32,505 nucleotides of DNA. Origin: a virus. The notes under the pieces were generated by a model. That model did not search any database and was not told the DNA's origin. It saw nothing but the letters and a program-made list of their open reading frames with translations. The stretch lies in IMG/VR virus record IMGVR_UViG_3300027840_000004; one strand, written 5' to 3'. Made by a program: the position numbers and the translations under genes. Positions 8,740 through 17,217 of this stretch are shown piece after piece; positions within the stretch are counted from its first letter, which is position 1, and every line of letters begins with the position of its first letter.

Positions 8740-8769
8740 CACCTTTCGCACATTTTGTATAATTTATTT

Positions 8770-8946
8770 TTAATCTTTAAATGTTGATAAGATTTCAAGC
8801 GCCAGTTCTTCATCAGTTCCTAAATATTCCTCGGCGATGTGTTTGATTTCTTCCAGTTGCTTACTCTCTTTTCGCACGATATAAATTATTGCTGTGATTA
8901 AAACTAGTAGCCCAATGGCGATTATATCAAATACCGATATCATCAT
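8770..8946 (-). CDS. Small membrane protein (58 aa, one N-terminal TM helix)
   Basis: It falls below the track cutoff. It translates as MMISVFDIIAIGLLVLITAIIYIVRKESKQLEEIKHIAEEYLGTDEELALEILSTFKD. The start overlaps the HNH stop (ATGA). Confidence 0.55.
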   Translation of the reverse strand: MMISVFDIIAIGLLVLITAIIYIVRKESKQLEEIKHIAEEYLGTDEELALEILSTFKD

Positions 8947-9332
8947 TTTCTTCTTCTCCCTTTTTTATCTTCTCTGTGGTAGGTTAGTAAATGGTCGCGT
9001 GTGTAGGTCGGTTGATATTCCATTTCAGTTAAACATCTCTCTAACCACTTATAAAACTCGTATCTCATCTTGTCATCACAAGTTGCTTTGTACTCATAAA
9101 GAAATTGCTTGATTAGTTTCAGTTTCTTTATGTCATCATCAATTAGTATATGAAGCCCGCTATGTTCGAGGTGTGCGACGAGTGATCCATTTTCGGTACT
9201 CGTTGCGCCACCTTTACTTCTCGGCTCTATATGGTGCATTGTAATAGGGTTGCTAGTGCGGATTATTCCACCGCACATACAAATTGTCCCGTAGTCGTAA
9301 ACAAGTAAATCCCTAACTTTCTTGTTGTCCAC
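8943..9332 (-). CDS. HNH endonuclease
   Basis: The motif CMCGG...ITMHHIEPRSKGGATSTENGSLVAHLEHSGLH is an HNH/Zn-finger signature. The start is GTG. Confidence 0.85.
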   Translation of the reverse strand: MDNKKVRDLLVYDYGTICMCGGIIRTSNPITMHHIEPRSKGGATSTENGSLVAHLEHSGLHILIDDDIKKLKLIKQFLYEYKATCDDKMRYEFYKWLERCLTEMEYQPTYTRDHLLTYHREDKKGRRRK

Positions 9333-9705
9333 CGGTGCAAGACCCCTTTCCAGTTGGTTTGTTATCTTTGAACCAGCCCGTCATATCACATATAAGCGGG
9401 TTTTCAGCGTGGTATTCCTCATCATTGATTAAACATAAGGCATTCCAAACAATGGCGCTTAAATGGTCTTCTGTGCGGTCGCCTTTCGCGTATTTGGACG
9501 CGTGGCGCATTAAACTCCCAAACACCGCACTTTGTGGCTGACCTTTGCGCCAGTTGTTATCGCCGTATTTATCAGCACCTAATCCATACCAAATCGCAAC
9601 GCGTTCTAGTAAGTCAAGTGGTAATAATTCCATTCGTGGTTTGTGGTCGGCGAAGTCTCGTTTACTTCCTGAGCTGAACTCTCTTGTTTTTCCGCTAGTT
9701 TCCAT
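9313..9705 (-). CDS. DUF5664-like protein (family annotated as dATP/dGTP diphosphohydrolase N-terminal domain)
   Basis: KRDFADHKPRMELLPLDLLERVAIWYGLGADKYGDNNWRKGQP...RHASKYAKGDRTEDHLSAIVWNALCL matches my memory of that family's consensus. This is not verified by any search. Confidence 0.55.
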   Translation of the reverse strand: METSGKTREFSSGSKRDFADHKPRMELLPLDLLERVAIWYGLGADKYGDNNWRKGQPQSAVFGSLMRHASKYAKGDRTEDHLSAIVWNALCLINDEEYHAENPLICDMTGWFKDNKPTGKGSCTGGQQES

Positions 9706-9734
9706 ATAATGTTACTCTCTCTTTCTTTCTATTC

Positions 9735-10214
9735 TTATTTCGTATCAGTCAATAACTCATAAACTACTTTGCCCATTGATACTTTTGAGCAGAATATGAA
9801 CTCAATTCCGTATCGTTTACTCATTGTTTCCATAATCCTTTGTAATGTGTCGGATTTTACTTTTGTTCGTGGAAGTCCGGTTGTTGAACTCTTTGGCACT
9901 TTCCAAGTATAGACCTCATCGACAAATCGGATTTGCGCGTGGGCGATTAGGAAAATGAAACGCTCGCAGCCGATATCTTTGGCACGCTGGATTTCTCGTT
10001 TAATGCGTTCGTGGTTGGAAGAGTTGGCAAGGTTTCCGCAGACTTCCATCAGGTCTTTTTTTGTGTCTATTATGACGCGATTGGAGTTGGTAAGTTTGTA
10101 GTCGCCGGCATATAACTTGTTGCGGATATATCTTATCTCGTTGCGTTCGAAGTAGTCGATGATGTGTTTATCTTTTTGTTGGCGAGTATCACATTCGATA
10201 ATTATATTATTCAT
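9735..10214 (-). CDS. ERCC4/XPF-type nuclease (possible resolvase)
   Basis: YAGDYKL...VIIDTKKDLMEVCGNL...ERIKREIQRA resembles the ERCC4 GDY..ERK..DL..S motif. The ATG at 10214 has an SD (GGGGA) and an ATGA overlap with the upstream stop. Confidence 0.55.
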   Translation of the reverse strand: MNNIIIECDTRQQKDKHIIDYFERNEIRYIRNKLYAGDYKLTNSNRVIIDTKKDLMEVCGNLANSSNHERIKREIQRAKDIGCERFIFLIAHAQIRFVDEVYTWKVPKSSTTGLPRTKVKSDTLQRIMETMSKRYGIEFIFCSKVSMGKVVYELLTDTK

Positions 10215-10498
10215 ATAATCCCCATTTCTTTGAATTGATTTAAATAATAAGTTTCGCATTGATCATCTTCCTCGAAGCGGTGAAAGTATTTCGTTAGTTC
10301 ATCAGGATATTTTTCATAATAACTTTTTAAATATTTTGAATAAAGTGAATTGAATAATTTTGTATTTACTTTTGTTTTGTCCGTAATTGTTATACAGTCC
10401 TTATTTTTCCATAAATAGTTCAATAAAACGGTCATCGAGATTGGCGGTTGTTTTATCTGTGCGACTTCGTCGCGGTTTGTAAGGTTGTGGTTATTCAC
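10211..10498 (-). CDS. Hypothetical protein
   Basis: A 95-aa ORF, translationally coupled in the operon. Confidence 0.5.
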   Translation of the reverse strand: MNNHNLTNRDEVAQIKQPPISMTVLLNYLWKNKDCITITDKTKVNTKLFNSLYSKYLKSYYEKYPDELTKYFHRFEEDDQCETYYLNQFKEMGII

Positions 10499-10718
10499 TT
10501 ATCGCACCTCTTTTTGCTAATTTTTCGATTTTTTCGTATTTTTCTTTCATCTTTTGAAAATCACAATCTTCTTTATAATTAAAATCAATAATATCTAATA
10601 AGTATTTAGTTAATTCTTTGTTGGTGTTTCCTATGTTGTCAATAAGGTCAATAATGCAATATTTTATTTTGTAATTTTCTTTTAATAATCGTAACTTTTC
10701 TTTTTCATTTAGCGTCAT
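10491..10718 (-). CDS. Hypothetical protein
   Basis: A 75-aa ORF that overlaps its neighbour. Confidence 0.5.
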   Translation of the reverse strand: MTLNEKEKLRLLKENYKIKYCIIDLIDNIGNTNKELTKYLLDIIDFNYKEDCDFQKMKEKYEKIEKLAKRGAISE

Positions 10719-10726
10719 ATCTTATT

Positions 10727-10927
10727 TCACTCCTTTGATTTCTTTATCGTATCTATAAACTCATTGATACTCGCATATAATTCGCGCTTGCCTTTGTTTC
10801 GTTTTGCCTTGTTAATATCAATATTCATATCTCGGTAGAATTGCGCAACATCTTGCTTATCTAATTCGACTACTACTGAATTGAAGTAAGGATCGATTAT
10901 GATTAAACTTAATTTTGGTGTGTTCAT
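10727..10927 (-). CDS. Hypothetical protein
   Basis: A 66-aa ORF with a 4-nt overlap with the upstream gene. Confidence 0.5.
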   Translation of the reverse strand: MNTPKLSLIIIDPYFNSVVVELDKQDVAQFYRDMNIDINKAKRNKGKRELYASINEFIDTIKKSKE

Positions 10928-11337
10928 ATCTTCTCCACCTCATTTCTAAACTCCTCAACACTAATCTCGCGACTTTTTAATTTCGTTGCCAAATTAAGTA
11001 TTGCTTGAATATTCTTCTTTTCTTCAATCTCCCCATTATACAACTTAATCAACTGCTCTTGGTATTGGTTAAAATGCGCCGTTGTAGGCTCGATTTGTAC
11101 CAACTCACATATATCGCCAACTATGTTGTATTTATCCACACACACGACCGCCATTAGGTTGAAATCGTAGTTTTTAAAGTTTTTGTAGAATTGTTTCATA
11201 AATAATAATAAACTGCGGTATTGTTTGAAGTGTTTTGGCTCGACAATCAGTTGGTCTGTCAATTCAGGTTTAATAAGTAGGCAGGATATAATTGCTCTTT
11301 CAAGCGTTGTGAAGTCGTTGTATAAAAGTTCGTTCAA
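10924..11337 (-). CDS. DnaB N-terminal-domain-like protein
   Basis: LERAIISCLLIKPELTDQLIVEPKHFKQYRSLLLFMKQF resembles the start of the DnaB N-terminal domain. No ATPase domain is present. Confidence 0.45.
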   Translation of the reverse strand: MNELLYNDFTTLERAIISCLLIKPELTDQLIVEPKHFKQYRSLLLFMKQFYKNFKNYDFNLMAVVCVDKYNIVGDICELVQIEPTTAHFNQYQEQLIKLYNGEIEEKKNIQAILNLATKLKSREISVEEFRNEVEKI

Positions 11338-12453
11338 CTAAATCCACTCCTTATCCCACAAACTTACATCTTGTGGTAAATGATCCGTTCCATAAATTGC
11401 ATTGTATGAAGCTACTAGGAATTTATCATATTCAACATAATCAAATATGTTATGTGATTTTCCAATATTTATAAGTGCTTTTCTTGGTGCGCCAATTCCT
11501 CCAAATAGTTCGATCATTTCAATGTGTTCTTCGTTTTTAAATAGTTCGGTAAATATTGCCTCTAATAAATTTACAACAATACTATTTCCTGCTTGTTTAT
11601 AAAGTTGTCTATTGCTGTTTACTTTAGCCGCTTTTTCAAAATCGGCATCATCAAATCCCATTAGTCGCCAACATTCTTTTGGTGTTAGTTTTCTTATCTT
11701 ATAATTTGTAAATACAGCTTGATTGCATGATGTTGTCAATGTTTGTGCTACTTGATGATCTACACGACCTCTTCTTGTTTTTGAGTTAGGATGTTCTAGG
11801 TTAATACTGTCTCCATCCTTTGCCTCGGCATATCCTTTTTTTGTAGCTTCTTTCACAATCATAATTTGAAGATTTGTTGTTTCCTCTAACTGTTCGCAAT
11901 AAGTAATCATTCCACTATGTTCTTCTCCAGCACCCCTTGCAGTAAGTGTTGGACAAATACTATTATTACCTTGTACTTTTTCAAAAGGTTTTTGATATGC
12001 TTTCCAATTTGCAATCTTACCGATTTTTTTTTCACTTAAATAATACTTCTCATCAACTTTATCTTCTAATAAGTCTTTTAATTTAAGTTGTAGTTCTTGT
12101 TTTGGTGGAAATACAAAATTATTAACATCACTTAAAATTGATATACAAAAAACTCTTTCTCTATTTTGAGGTATTCCATAATCTTTTGCATTAAGCACCT
12201 GATAATAATTTTTATAACCTAGTTGTTCCATTTTTGTTAAATAATCATCAAACACTTGTCTATGTTTCTTACTTATAACATTTTTAACATTTTCCCAAAT
12301 AACATAATCTGGTCTAGTCTTTTCCACTATTCTAATTGTTTCATAAAGTAGCGAACTTCTTGTTCCACTCCCTTGTTCTCCACCTGCTTGTTTTCCTGCA
12401 AGACTGAAATCTTGACAAGGACTTCCGTGAAATATTACTTTTGCTTTATTCAT
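11338..12453 (-). CDS. DNA (cytosine-5)-methyltransferase with circularly permuted motif order
   Basis: Motif IV (GSPCQDFSLAG) is at residues 10-20, followed by VI (ENVKNV), VIII (QNRERVF), IX (RKLTPKECWRLMGF) and X (QAGNSIVV). Motif I (ELFGGIG, nt 11491-11508) and motif II (VEYDK...N) come at the C-terminus. A strong SD GAGGAGGAAG precedes the ATG. Confidence 0.8.
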   Translation of the reverse strand: MNKAKVIFHGSPCQDFSLAGKQAGGEQGSGTRSSLLYETIRIVEKTRPDYVIWENVKNVISKKHRQVFDDYLTKMEQLGYKNYYQVLNAKDYGIPQNRERVFCISILSDVNNFVFPPKQELQLKLKDLLEDKVDEKYYLSEKKIGKIANWKAYQKPFEKVQGNNSICPTLTARGAGEEHSGMITYCEQLEETTNLQIMIVKEATKKGYAEAKDGDSINLEHPNSKTRRGRVDHQVAQTLTTSCNQAVFTNYKIRKLTPKECWRLMGFDDADFEKAAKVNSNRQLYKQAGNSIVVNLLEAIFTELFKNEEHIEMIELFGGIGAPRKALINIGKSHNIFDYVEYDKFLVASYNAIYGTDHLPQDVSLWDKEWI

Positions 12454-12724
12454 TTTCTTCCTCCTCTATTTTAATAACTATAATTCTTTGGCTGTACTCA
12501 TCTTTAACTCGGCGGGCATATGCTGGCATTGTATAAAAATAAAATGTATTAGGACTAACTCCTAAAAAAGTCGCACACTGCCATTTATTGCCGATAAATA
12601 AAAATTGATCGCCCTTGTAAATTGCATAATCTTGTGAAGTTACGATAATAATCCCCTCTTTTTCTTTATAATATATAATCAAACTAACAATATAATAGCA
12701 CCTATTATAAGTACAGTCTAACAT
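12446..12724 (-). CDS. Small putative DNA-binding protein (start uncertain)
   Basis: YAIYKGDQFLFIGNKWQCATFLGVSPNTFYFYTMPAYARR resembles small phage HTH proteins. The listed ATG lacks an SD and lies inside an iteron. An internal SD AAGAGGGG is present but no canonical start follows it. Confidence 0.4.
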   Translation of the reverse strand: MLDCTYNRCYYIVSLIIYYKEKEGIIIVTSQDYAIYKGDQFLFIGNKWQCATFLGVSPNTFYFYTMPAYARRVKDEYSQRIIVIKIEEEENE

Positions 12725-12978
12725 TTTGTATTTTTTAGTCTAACATTTATCTAACATTTATCTAACATTTTTATTGGCACTTTGCCCTTATTTTTCAACA
12801 AAGTCTAACATTCTAACATAAAAGTCCGGCATCGAGCCTTACGCGAGAAAAATATTTATAAATTATTTCTATTATAGGGTGTGTAGTTGGAAAAAAATGT
12901 TAGAATGTTAGACACCTATATGAAATAAGGTCAAACTAGGCGTTTTTCTTGTAGAATTACGTTAGAATAATGTTAGAC
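12716..12978. repeat. Iteron array, putative origin of replication
   Basis: CTAACAT occurs 6 times directly (12718, 12740, 12751, 12762, 12805, 12813; three of them at 11-bp phasing). ATGTTAG occurs 3 times inverted (12897, 12905, 12970), plus a partial copy at 12960. A perfect 17-bp inverted repeat, GTCTAACATTCTAACAT (12803-12819) and ATGTTAGAATGTTAGAC (12897-12913), flanks a 77-bp core with an AT-rich stretch. Confidence 0.6.
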
Positions 12979-12986
12979 TTTTGACT

Positions 12987-14732
12987 TCAAGCCACAATTT
13001 CGTCGATTTTTAGGTAAACGTAGTTCCCTTTTTCTTTTCGAACAATCGTGTTGTGATAGTATCGACCTTGCGAATTTGTCTTCAAAAAGTCCATTTCTGC
13101 CCACTCTTTTTTGATTGTGTCAAACTCATAACCGCCTTTTGAAAGCTCACGACTTAAAACTTGCATATTTATTACGTAGTTAAACTCGTCCTTACGCCCC
13201 CAAACTTCGCCATAGCCCATATCATCAAAACGTTTATAATTGGCATTAAATAGTCCAATAATGAACTCTTTGGCTTTCATACAAGTTCTAATTTCGTCTT
13301 TGTCGTTGATATATTCTTTTATATCATCTATTTCAAGCGATAGTTCGTTATCAAACATACACTCGCCCGCCAATTCATCAGCTAGGAGTAGGCTAGCAAG
13401 CGATCCAGCCTGCTTATCAGTCGCCTTGGTAGTATTAAGTATCTCATTATAAATAACGTTGTAGCGGTCTTCTAACACGCCTGATTTAAGTGATTGAATG
13501 TACTTGATATAAATCTCGCCGGCAAATCCATAGTTGCGTTTGATGATTGAGGCGATTTTCGTTCCGTCCTCGACAATCTTTCCGCGTATTTCCATATCAA
13601 TAACACGATTATAAACTTGCTCGCCGGCATTTTCCTTAACCAATTTATCATTATTAGTAAATAAAAAGTTGCAGTACCAAGTTTTAACTTCTTTTGCTTG
13701 CGAGTTCTTATTCAATCGCCCTTTTTCCGTTTGACCGGATAAATCCATTACTAAACTATCCATATCTAAATGTTTATTTTTCTTCACGATTTGCAACTCG
13801 TCAAAGTAGCAAGTTAAGTTTCGCATAAACGAAGCGACTGTTATATAGTAGTTTTGAGTGTTATTACTTGATAAGCGCAGCGCCCCAGTGTCCGGATTTC
13901 CGAATATTGACATCGCCACCATACAAGACAGTGTTTTACCATTTCCCGATAGTGATGACCACGCATTTACTAAATAAGGCTGTAAAGTCAACTTTTCCAA
14001 TAATGGAGAAGCAAAAACAGTTGCCATAAGTAAACGAACTACTTTGTTGGCGCGTAATACATCGACCGTTTCTTTCCAAGTGTTGTAATCGCCCTTTGTA
14101 TCTATCGCTTTATAAATAGATTTGAAATCATCTGCTCCGTCGAACATCGCCCCGCTGTCGTAAGGAATAAACTTATCGTCTTTCCAGCCGAGATGTGAAA
14201 CGGAAGATAATGTTTCAATTTTGTTGATATTCATAATCTCGTTGAAATAATTTACATAGTGTTTAACATTTTCGCTCGTAACATCAAGACCATAATCGGC
14301 AAGTCGTAGAAGCTTTACGCCAACTACCAACTCACTTTTATCAACGATCATTTCTTGCCACTTGTTTTCTTTATAAAATATTATCTTAATTTTTTCTTTA
14401 TAAGTGTCCTCGTTTATAAATCTCTCGACCGGAATAACCGGTATAAAAGAGAACTTCAAGTTTTGATTATCTGTGATACCGTTGATGTCTACTTTATAAA
14501 TCCCAAAATTGAAATTTTGTACGTTATATTTGGTCGGTGGCAGATCGCCATTATTGACAAACATCTTTGTTGATTTGATTTTCTTTTCCCATTGTTTTAA
14601 TAATTTTTTAAAAGTAGGTTCAACGCCGTCAAGTTTTGCTTGGCGCAACATCTTCGCCTCGACTTTTGTTCGTTCGATATCGTCTGTTATTGCTAACAAC
14701 TCTATAAAATTTTTATCTTCTAAAATGTCCAC
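12987..14732 (-). CDS. DUF927-type replicative helicase/primase (SF3-like)
   Basis: Walker A is SLSGNGKTL and Walker B-like is CYFDELQ. The 581-aa size fits. The start is GTG with SD AAGGGGA. Confidence 0.65.
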   Translation of the reverse strand: MDILEDKNFIELLAITDDIERTKVEAKMLRQAKLDGVEPTFKKLLKQWEKKIKSTKMFVNNGDLPPTKYNVQNFNFGIYKVDINGITDNQNLKFSFIPVIPVERFINEDTYKEKIKIIFYKENKWQEMIVDKSELVVGVKLLRLADYGLDVTSENVKHYVNYFNEIMNINKIETLSSVSHLGWKDDKFIPYDSGAMFDGADDFKSIYKAIDTKGDYNTWKETVDVLRANKVVRLLMATVFASPLLEKLTLQPYLVNAWSSLSGNGKTLSCMVAMSIFGNPDTGALRLSSNNTQNYYITVASFMRNLTCYFDELQIVKKNKHLDMDSLVMDLSGQTEKGRLNKNSQAKEVKTWYCNFLFTNNDKLVKENAGEQVYNRVIDMEIRGKIVEDGTKIASIIKRNYGFAGEIYIKYIQSLKSGVLEDRYNVIYNEILNTTKATDKQAGSLASLLLADELAGECMFDNELSLEIDDIKEYINDKDEIRTCMKAKEFIIGLFNANYKRFDDMGYGEVWGRKDEFNYVINMQVLSRELSKGGYEFDTIKKEWAEMDFLKTNSQGRYYHNTIVRKEKGNYVYLKIDEIVA

Positions 14733-14736
14733 GTGC

Positions 14737-14862
14737 CTATTCCCCTTTCCATAACATAACTAACGCATATCTTATATACTCACTTACGCTCATATGAAGT
14801 TCTTTCGCCTTTTGTTGCAGTTTTTTATGCAGTTCTATCGGCATACTTATATTAAATTTCAT
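14737..14862 (-). CDS. Ribbon-helix-helix (CopG/Arc-like) protein, 41 aa
   Basis: It falls below the track cutoff. It translates as MKFNISMPIELHKKLQQKAKELHMSVSEYIRYALVMLWKGE. The SD is AGGGGG. It lies directly upstream of the helicase/primase gene. Confidence 0.6.
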   Translation of the reverse strand: MKFNISMPIELHKKLQQKAKELHMSVSEYIRYALVMLWKGE

Positions 14863-14896
14863 ATTTTACCCCCTATCTTTGTGTACTATGAACTAA

Positions 14897-14925
14897 TTAT
14901 ATACCTTATAACCACTAAAAGCAAC
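14897..14925 (-). promoter_or_regulatory. Sigma-70-type promoter of the RHH/replication operon
   Basis: On the minus strand: TTGCTT, 17 nt, TATAAT. The -35 is preceded by GTG, giving a GTGTTG motif. Confidence 0.6.
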
Positions 14926-14935
14926 ACTTTTTTAC

Positions 14936-14961
14936 AAAAAAAAGAAGATTTTACACTTCTT
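14936..14961 (-). terminator. Weak intrinsic terminator after the DUF669 gene
   Basis: On the minus strand: AAGAAG-tgtaaaat-CTTCTT followed by T6. Confidence 0.45.
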
Positions 14962-14969
14962 ATTTATGA

Positions 14970-15578
14970 TTAGTCTAAATCGAAATCATTATCAGCAATA
15001 TTTACATATTCACCAAATGTTTTTTCGATTGAATTTTTGTTTTTATTGGCCACATATTCTTCGTAAGCAACAAATGTTCCGTTTAATAATTTAACTCTTG
15101 GCACCCTTACTTCACTTAATTTATCAAGCGATCTAAATTGTGTAAGTTTAGTTGAAGTTTTTAATTCGCCTTTGTTATTAGTATATTCTTCAAGTCCAAA
15201 TACTCCTACCAACTTTTTACCAACTAACGTTTTTTCTTCAAAATTCCATTTATAACCAGCGTTTGAATTTTCAACTGTTGTAATAAATCCTTTAAACATT
15301 GCAACATTTTTTTCTTCTTCACTTAAAGAAATATATTTAATCGCCCCGTTTGGCCATTTCTTATCTGCATTGGTATTATTATCAAATTGTTTTTGGAAAT
15401 AATCCTTTTGGTCGCCACTAGCAATATCAACTTCAATTCTTAATGATGTGTTGCCAGTCATTCCTGTGTACTCGTACGCTTTCTTAATTACAACGATATG
15501 TCCTCCAAGTTCAAGACTTTCAAATCCTCCGAACTCTGCTGCTGCTTCTACTGTTTCCCAATTTTGTGGTTTTTGCAT
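14970..15578 (-). CDS. DUF669-like protein (ssDNA-binding partner in Sak4-type recombination modules)
   Basis: The N-terminal FGGFESLELGGHIVVIKKA resembles the DUF669 F.PLP.G.Y.v.I motif. The gene directly follows the Sak4-like ATPase gene. Confidence 0.5.
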   Translation of the reverse strand: MQKPQNWETVEAAAEFGGFESLELGGHIVVIKKAYEYTGMTGNTSLRIEVDIASGDQKDYFQKQFDNNTNADKKWPNGAIKYISLSEEEKNVAMFKGFITTVENSNAGYKWNFEEKTLVGKKLVGVFGLEEYTNNKGELKTSTKLTQFRSLDKLSEVRVPRVKLLNGTFVAYEEYVANKNKNSIEKTFGEYVNIADNDFDLD

Positions 15579-15579
15579 A

Positions 15580-17028
15580 TTATTTTTCCTCTTCTTTCTT
15601 TTCTTCTTCTATTTTATCTAAATCATAATATTCTCTAATAACTTTGTCAATTTCATTTAAGTCATTTTCAACTTCTTCGTTTTCAAACATTCCAATTGGT
15701 GTTTTAACAACGTCATTTCCATTTGTTTTTGTTCTCATAATATATTTACCGTCTTTATATTCAGTTCTTAAAACAACTGTAAACATACCCTCAATACAAA
15801 CTTTTTCATCAAGCATTTTTCCTATTGATTTTGGTTTTATTTTACCAAATTCATTGACATCTTCGTGCATAAAGAAATAAACTATTTTTCCACCGTCAAC
15901 GTTTTTTATTTGACTGATTAAATTCCAATAGTTATCTCCAAGTTCGTTATAAAGTCCAAAGATAGCATTTCCTCCACCACCTTTTGAATGGTTTTTCATA
16001 AATTGATTTGTAATTAAATAACCTGCGTCATCTAAAACGATCAATTTTCTTTTTGTTCCTGCTATTGTTTTTAAAACATCTGCATATTCATCAGTTATTT
16101 TAATATTTTTAAATGTGTTTTTAAAAGGTAATTGTTTACCTAAAACATTTATCAATGTTAGTTTACTATCATCAACATTTCTCAATGAAGCTGACTTTCC
16201 TGAACCTGATGGACCAATAACTAATACTGCCATACTTTTCATATTTCTAATCCTCCTATTTTCTAATATTTGCCTTGCTTCTTTCATCAAGTCTTTTGGT
16301 TCTATAATTTCGTAGTTATTATTTTGTAGTCCGAAATATATAATAATCTTCTCATCAACTTTTAAGCCTGTGTTCTTTTCGATTTTAAAACTGTAATTGC
16401 ATAACTGTAAAGAATAATGAATAAAATTGACATCATCTAAATCTTGTAAAGGGACTTTCATTCGTTGATTATATTTTGTCTTATAAACTATTTCTTTATT
16501 TGTTTTAAAATCGGCAACAACAATTCCGCCCGTGTAGTTGTTTAAAAATACTATATCAGTCGCACCGCACTCGTCAAACTCCTCATCTCCCAAGTATATT
16601 TCAATTCCAATAACCGAAAACATATCTTTATAATCATTATAGAAATTGTCAGCTTGTGGAATAAGTTGCTCAACATCACTTTTTAATCGTTCAATATCAA
16701 TTTCGCTTGGCACTTTTGAATAATCAAAGATGTATTTTTCATTTGCCCATAAACTTTGTGCGTATTCGTGGATCATTGTGCCTTTTATTGTAGAGTGTAA
16801 GTTTTCAATTCGCCATTCTTCGAGTAATTCTTGTTGCGTTATTCCACGCTTTTTAGCCACTCTCTCGCTCATTGTATCACTATCAAACTCATTGCCATAC
16901 TGATGTATTAAACCTGTTGTTGATATACCTACACGCTTGCCAGCGATATGATAATAGTGTCCCTCATCTACAAAACTATATTTCCCAAACGCTTGTTGAA
17001 ATTTGTTTTTAATTTCTTGTAGTTCCAT
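15580..17028 (-). CDS. PD-(D/E)XK nuclease fused to a Sak4-like (AAA_24) recombination ATPase
   Basis: The N-terminal half contains GATDIVFL...VVADFKTNK (D...DxK). The C-terminal half has Walker A VIGPSGSGKSAS and Walker B LIVLDDAG. An in-frame internal SD AGGAGGA (16251-16257) plus the ATG at 16242 sit at the domain boundary. Confidence 0.7.
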   Translation of the reverse strand: MELQEIKNKFQQAFGKYSFVDEGHYYHIAGKRVGISTTGLIHQYGNEFDSDTMSERVAKKRGITQQELLEEWRIENLHSTIKGTMIHEYAQSLWANEKYIFDYSKVPSEIDIERLKSDVEQLIPQADNFYNDYKDMFSVIGIEIYLGDEEFDECGATDIVFLNNYTGGIVVADFKTNKEIVYKTKYNQRMKVPLQDLDDVNFIHYSLQLCNYSFKIEKNTGLKVDEKIIIYFGLQNNNYEIIEPKDLMKEARQILENRRIRNMKSMAVLVIGPSGSGKSASLRNVDDSKLTLINVLGKQLPFKNTFKNIKITDEYADVLKTIAGTKRKLIVLDDAGYLITNQFMKNHSKGGGGNAIFGLYNELGDNYWNLISQIKNVDGGKIVYFFMHEDVNEFGKIKPKSIGKMLDEKVCIEGMFTVVLRTEYKDGKYIMRTKTNGNDVVKTPIGMFENEEVENDLNEIDKVIREYYDLDKIEEEKKEEEK

Positions 17029-17166
17029 TTAACTGCTCCTATCTATAAGTTCAGCAATTGCTATTCTCACAAGGGCATTTAATGAAATGCGTTTTTTATC
17101 AGCAAGTTCGACCGCCTTTTGTTTTAATTCATCCGGAAGAACCACTGAAATCGGTTTCATCCTCAT
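17029..17166 (-). CDS. Ribbon-helix-helix (CopG-like) protein, 45 aa
   Basis: It falls below the track cutoff. It translates as MRMKPISVVLPDELKQKAVELADKKRISLNALVRIAIAELIDRSS. The SD is AGGAGG, and its stop abuts the next ATG. Confidence 0.6.
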   Translation of the reverse strand: MRMKPISVVLPDELKQKAVELADKKRISLNALVRIAIAELIDRSS

Positions 17167-17188
17167 TCTTAACCTCCTATCTATACTT

Positions 17189-17217
17189 ATTTTATCATAA
17201 AAATAATGTTAAGTCAA
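17189..17217 (-). promoter_or_regulatory. Sigma-70-type promoter of the RHH/recombination operon
   Basis: On the minus strand: TTGACT, 17 nt, TAAAAT. Confidence 0.65.

Noticed and set aside
8046-8769. Alternative readings of the large noncoding gap: a decayed pseudogene, a cos/pac site, a self-splicing intron, or a CRISPR/TA-type repeat RNA.
   Set aside because: No frame retains a long remnant ORF. The region does not interrupt a gene, so an intron is unlikely, and I saw no group II domain V-like hairpin. It has no tandem repeats, which argues against a ToxI-like or CRISPR origin. A packaging site cannot be excluded, but it would not explain the consensus promoter, the terminator and the G.U-only strand-specific helices.
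12716-12978. Whether the repeats form a CRISPR array or a mobile-element terminus.
   Set aside because: The repeat units are only 7-9 bp, occur in both orientations, have no unique spacers of regular length, and have no adjacent transposase or cas genes. An iteron or operator array fits better.
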